Of a DNA stretch of 64,000 nucleotides, positions 59,180-64,000 are shown in pieces. Origin of the DNA: Dudresnaya verticillata (taxonomy: Eukaryota); contig OZ374558.1 in NCBI GenBank assembly GCA_977862235.1, forward strand, positions 434,001-498,000. The letters are read 5' to 3'. The notes under the pieces are model-generated. The model searched no databases. It was not told the origin of the DNA and was given only the letters and a program-made list of their open reading frames with translations. The position numbers and the translations under genes were made by a program. Within the stretch, counting starts at the first letter, position 1; each line of letters opens with the position of its first letter.

Positions 59180-59905
59180 CCCCTACCCTTGCTGAATATC
59201 TGAACTATGTATACATACTCATTGCCCCCGAAGACACCAACACCGCAAGATCTCCATTTCGAAGAGTTCATTCTGGATAAAGCTTCACCAGACTGGTGTA
59301 AATTGCAGCTGCTGTGGCCTTTAGAGGATCCATCTGCCTGCGAAAATCCAATTCGGCTGTAGAGCAGTCATCAATGGATTGGGAGTAAAACAGCGTGTTA
59401 GAAACCAACGAAAAGTTTTACGCTTGCCAATCACCGGAATAGGAAAGGGAACGTTCGAACAACTTACATCTTTGCAATATTCATGTCATCGCGATTTACA
59501 ATACAGAGAGGTGAAGTAGTGCCTTTGCACATGTCCTTAGCCCACCTTTCCGCGACTTTAGAAAGCTCCTTATTCCAGGCCAAGCCTGATTTTCCAGAAG
59601 CTATTCTTGTCTCGTTTGTACGGAGAAATCTTCTTCAACTCCTCCGTACCAAGGGGCACTGACTTTACTACAGAGACAACTCTGCTTGATTGGGTTTCTA
59701 GATTAAATGAAGCGTTTGTCGACAATTTTGAAGCACGCCGGCTGTTTTGTTGAAATCCCTTCTTTGAAGTCTCCATTGGCGTATCGAGTTTAGGAAGTCT
59801 TACAACGCTTTGGGCTGCACTCAAACTCACGTTACACAGTCTGCAAGAACTTCTCGAACGGGAAGGGTCGGTCGCAATATCGATTGTCTTGGATGCTTTA
59901 GACAT
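59180..59905 (-). pseudogene. CAP/SCP-domain protein pseudogene
   Basis: Read across frames: LAWNKELSKVAERWAKDM, NIA, SSKGH, CGVGV...YIVQIFS. Probable GTAAG...CTAAC...CAG intron at ~59357-59467. Confidence 0.55.
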
Positions 59906-60618
59906 TGCGACTAGTGATTGAAATTGGGGAAGTGTAACTTATAAGGAAGATTCAAACTCAATGCAAAGGGTGATATAGGCTTTTGGGTTGAAGCAGAGGC
60001 GGAGTGGGAAGAGGCGATAGTGGTACGGTTTTTCTTCGATGTCATTAGGGGGAATCCATAATATTTATATCAGTCTGGTGGATATCTTGTCAGGCTGGTT
60101 CACAGGCATCGTCGGCTGTACCGTTACGTCTCGTGGTCGAGGACCTTCTCTAGTGTTTTTTCGTGATAAATCTGATGGGTAAGTCGTCATAGAGTGTGAA
60201 GGCATTTACCATTTGAGTATTCAAGGTTTGATTGCTTGAATTCACATTAGCGGTGTACTTGTTGGGCTGATGATTTAGAGTGTGAAGGTCTATGAGCGTT
60301 AACGTCTACGAGCTGGAATACTACGTTAAATGTCTATTCAGTTAACGTCCTTGGTTCTGTCTTGCAATAGCAAATGCTATAGTCTGTTGCTATACTACGC
60401 CCACTCCCTCGCTTACCCGAGACCCAGATGGCCGATGTATTTATCCTGCTGTAACGGGACTTGGTCTAGACCGCTGCGGCACGCGTAGTTTGCCGAGCGC
60501 GTGCCGAGCTGCCAGACGTCCGCACCCTCACCATTCTGGAACGTGCCCAGCGTTCCGCATAAGATGAAATGGCTTGCGAGGATGTCGGAGAGAGCTGTAC
60601 CTTGAGTAGAAGTCCTGT

Positions 60619-61056
60619 TTAGGCTTGTAGATAGCGCGTGCAGGACTCGTCGAATGCCCAGCGTCCTTTGTGCTTAACCTCAGTAAAGGGCTTATTGGCC
60701 AACCAGTCTGCGGTGGTTCCTCCGTGCCTTAATGATTGCAGCGTGAGACCAAAGCCGGACAGTCCAAAAAAAGACAAACAGCGGCTTAAAGCTGAGCTGA
60801 ACGCAACGTACGTGACGTCAAAGAGCATGATGTCTGCCTTGTCGCCGCGAAACGTGAGCCACGCGCGAAGGGTGCTTAGTAGGTGGGCATTATCCAACGG
60901 CACGAATTGATTACGGCTGATTTTAGCATCAGGAACAACGCAACCAGCTTGGCTCGGTGCGGTGCCGTCCGCCAGCCCAACATCTCCCGGCAGAGCAAGA
61001 TGGCCGATGCGCAGCAATAACAGCTCTAGGATACGAAGGTAACTGTGATGCTTCAT
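60619..61056 (-). pseudogene. tyrosine recombinase catalytic domain of a DIRS/Ngaro-type (YR) element remnant
   Basis: YLRILE (R), DAK (K), QSLRHGG (HxxR with H>Q), GRW, TRY (Y). Confidence 0.8.
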
Positions 61057-61730
61057 GGCTATAGTACAGACTTAAATATCGCCCTAGGCTTCGTTACAAC
61101 GTCTCAGACGGAGCTCTACACGCTCGGCGTTACACCGCCAACGGTGTTCCAGATGTGAGTCTTGGCGCGAACCCGCTCGTGTGGTACGAGGGGATTTGGC
61201 CCCCGTTTCCGCTCTGATCTGTAGGCGTGGCCGAGATTTGGATTGGATCCTGATCGGAAATCGGGATCCGAATTCGGATCACCCACACTGCTGTGCGTAC
61301 GCGCCTGTAAGCTACCCGCTACACGCGCACAAGTCTGGAAGCTACTCCTTACCCGCGGGTACGTGGCTGCACGAATACGGCGACGTATCAGACACGCGGT
61401 GGTGTCACACGCGTTCTGAGTTCCCGCGCACCGCGCCACGCCGCCGCAGCCCGCGTCGTAGCGATAGTATATTAGGTAACCCGTCTGGGACATTGATTAA
61501 ATCTCCGCAAGCCGGTCTACCTTCACAATTCGCCCCTTCGCTCGTTAGCGCCACCGCCGCTACCGACGTTGGCTACGCGTTTCTATTGTGATGTAGTGAA
61601 AACCCACGAACTCCGAGACGTACAGCTGGCCTGACTTTCCTTAACGGACGAGAGCAACACTACCTCTACGGGGTGGTAGAGCGGTTCGCACCGAAGCGGG
61701 AGAACAGAGAGCGGCTAACCGAGATGGGTA

Positions 61731-61780
61731 TTGGGAAGTAACAGACAAGGGGGTGCACCCCCTTGTCTGTTACTTCCCAA
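61731..61780. repeat. perfect 50-bp palindrome, no loop
   Basis: TTGGGAAGTAACAGACAAGGGGGTG|CACCCCCTTGTCTGTTACTTCCCAA. Confidence 0.97.
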
Positions 61781-61803
61781 AAAGGAGTCCGTCCCGGCAA
61801 TTG

Positions 61804-61857
61804 TACCATAGTAAAAGTTCCAGGACGGCCTACCATGGTACAAGTTCCAGGACGGAC
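61804..61857 (+). repeat. 27-bp tandem repeat x2 within the LTR
   Basis: TACCATAGTAAAAGTTCCAGGACGGCC / TACCATGGTACAAGTTCCAGGACGGAC. Confidence 0.85.
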
Positions 61858-62248
61858 TCCCTACTGGTGGTGGTGGTAGACCGCAGCGGGCTCAGCGCGG
61901 GGAAAACCGTAAAGGATGGGGCTAAGGTTGCTTACCCGTTTACCTTAGGAGCCGCTGCGGTGCCGCCCTGATATATAAGTCAGGATGGCACCGGGCGGTC
62001 CTGTCCGTGGGAGCCAGACCCTAGTGGTCTGGTCCTATGGTGGAATCGGCCCTGCTGGTCCCAATCTGCGACACGGACATGCGCAGCATTCTCATTGGCT
62101 GGCGAGCTACTCTACACACTTTACACAGACTCACTAAAAATAAAGAATAAATACTACAAATACTCCGCTACGGTTGGTGCGCTCCACTTACAGTACAGCG
62201 ATTCATACCAGTGCACAGTAATGCGCACACATCCGACACGGCTACACG

Positions 62249-64000
62249 TTGCCAGATCATCAGCGTGGCGTATTGCCACATCACCCGTTACGGTTGGCTC
62301 GCCGTCGGCGTGCGGCATGCGCGCCACGGCTCACTTCACCACAGACCCCCTCCTTAAATGGCGCCACGTCCTCGGGCGCCAACCGTCAGGGATTACCTTC
62401 TCTTCCACACCCACACACACAACCGATACGGCTATCTTCCTCAAATTCTCCTTCTCCTTCGTGCGCCCGCTTCCAAGATGGCAGGGGAGAAGATCAAGCG
62501 CTCCCCCTCCCCCTTTCAACCGACACGGCGTACCCGCGCGAGCTCGACGACGAGGTCGCCGGGTGCGCCTACCGTTGCGGATGCTTCGACTCAACCGCAG
62601 GCCTCGTCCTCGGCGTGGCACCACGCACGACGAGTGGTCGTGCGGACGTTACCGCAGCGGAACCGTCACAGGCACTATCAGCGGGCCGCGGCTCGTCTGT
62701 CTACGATCCGAATTGGTTTGCTGCTGGCCCAGCCACAAGGAGCACCCGGTTAGGGAATGCAACGACCCACCGTCACGGAGAAGAGTCGGCCAAGGATGAC
62801 GACGAGGAGGCCCGACGTGGTGGTGAGGAGCTCAACTTGGCGGACCTACCATCGATTCCGTTACGGACGGCATCGATCCCAGTCTCAACCCCGATGCGGA
62901 ACATGGGTGCGAGCCCATATGCGTCAGGCAGTACTCCAAAACGGTCGCGGGTGCCAGTGCGGAGCATGACGCCTACGACAGGCTCTTGGATGCCGATGGC
63001 GCGTACCCGTAGCGGTGAGGTTCCTGCCCCGAGTGGATACTGGCCGGGGCACCATTTCGACCACCGTTCTGGGCGCCCGGCGAGATCCAATGCGGAACTG
63101 GCGAAGGTGAAACCACCGATGACAGTGTCATACTTCATCGAGGGTTATCCAACCGTTTCGGAAGCGCGACGATACCAAGCCGTTTCGGAGCAGCCCTTCA
63201 AGGCAAACCAGCGAATTGGTTTCGTGCCGAACCGGCGGGCGTTTGTTTGGAAAAGCCGATGGGTGCACAGCTACTGCAAGGAACGCACCACTACCGTTTC
63301 GTATTTGTTGTGGTACCGTTGCCACGGAGAAGTTGGGTATACCGCTAAGGTGAGCCGTTTGTTGGCCAAGGCGTTCCGTCTACGGGGTGTACCGATCGGG
63401 GTGCAGTTTATCTGCTTCGACCCACCGTATGACCAGTCGGTGTATTGGTTCCGCGATGTCGACGGGTGGAAAGACGACGCGGTGACGGAACACCGATTGC
63501 AGACGTGTTACCGAGACGGAATGCATGTGGGGGCACCCATCTTGCACACGTGGAATACCAAGGAGTTCTTCCACCTTCCGTATCGGATGCGATGTGAGCT
63601 CTACCTCACAGCTCCGTCGTGGTGGGATAGCTACGAGGTAACTCGTTGGTTATCCGTGCCCACGCCTTCTGTGGTGGCGTACTTCTCTGCGGATCTGCTC
63701 ACGGAGCGGGAGTGGAATCGCGAACATCCGAACGGAGAGCGTGCCCCGAACCAAGATCAACTCGACGTGCTTTGGCGCATCTTCCGATCGGAGTAGGCAA
63801 TACTGGTGCTATTTTCGTGGCTCCAGGTTGCCTACTACGGAGTGCGGTACAATATCAAGCTATCCGACTGGCGCTGCTTCCTGCGTGACGAAGCTGACCT
63901 ACCCGGAGGAGACTGTGGCCGTATTTTTCAACTTCCCGTGACGGTGATCGCCCTAATTCTCCAAGTTGGCGTAGCCAATTTGGTGACGGGGTCGGCGTAT
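62249..64000 (+). pseudogene. long Trp-rich ORF antisense to the putative LTR element; one internal TAG, runs off the window
   Basis: 515-codon open frame (first in-frame ATG 62894), TAG 63794-63796, then 68 further open codons. Confidence 0.55.

Larger units (their letters stand above)
61587..62343 (-). repeat. putative 3' LTR (757 bp) of a minus-strand LTR retrotransposon
   Basis: Termini TGTGATGTAGTGA...TCACTTCACCACA (11/13 inverted match), adjacent minus-strand PPT AAGGAGGGGG (62346-62355), TATATA ~61972. The partner LTR is not in the window. Confidence 0.6.

Noticed and set aside
61592..62158. Alternative plus-strand solo LTR TGTAGT...ACTACA, or a CACTA end at 61592-61598
   Set aside because: No TSD, PBS or PPT fit; 61587-62343 has longer inverted termini and an adjacent PPT.
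1..64000. CRISPR arrays, rRNA/tRNA genes, TnpB/Fanzor nucleases
   Set aside because: No repeat-spacer arrays, RNA-gene signatures or RuvC motifs seen; the many short antisense ORFs are shadows of real ORFs.

Overview
Eukaryotic, transposon-dense window with roughly balanced GC and mostly intronless genes. The TE types and gene style suggest a florideophyte red alga (inference only). Left to right: (i) the right arm of a CACTA/EnSpm DNA transposon carrying unknown ORFs and rich in GTAC, inserted into the pol gene of a chromodomain Gypsy element whose integrase, PPT and 3' LTR follow; (ii) a near-identical segmental duplication (7718-21212 vs 23025-39840), each copy with the same frameshifted Copia element, a Sel1/TPR-like gene and an F-box/LRR-like gene, and with a secreted Cys-rich gene intact only in copy 1; (iii) at least 8 insertions from three families of CRE-like (RT + restriction-like endonuclease) non-LTR retrotransposons, from 2.2 kb down to ~18 nt, six with 10-15 bp TSDs; (iv) three intact genes and one pseudogene for secreted DUF2135/YfaP-like proteins; (v) a CAP-domain pseudogene, a tyrosine-recombinase remnant, and the 3' LTR of a minus-strand LTR element with a long antisense ORF and a perfect 50-bp palindrome. 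No rRNA, tRNA or CRISPR array was seen. All domain calls come from reading motifs by eye; no database search was run.
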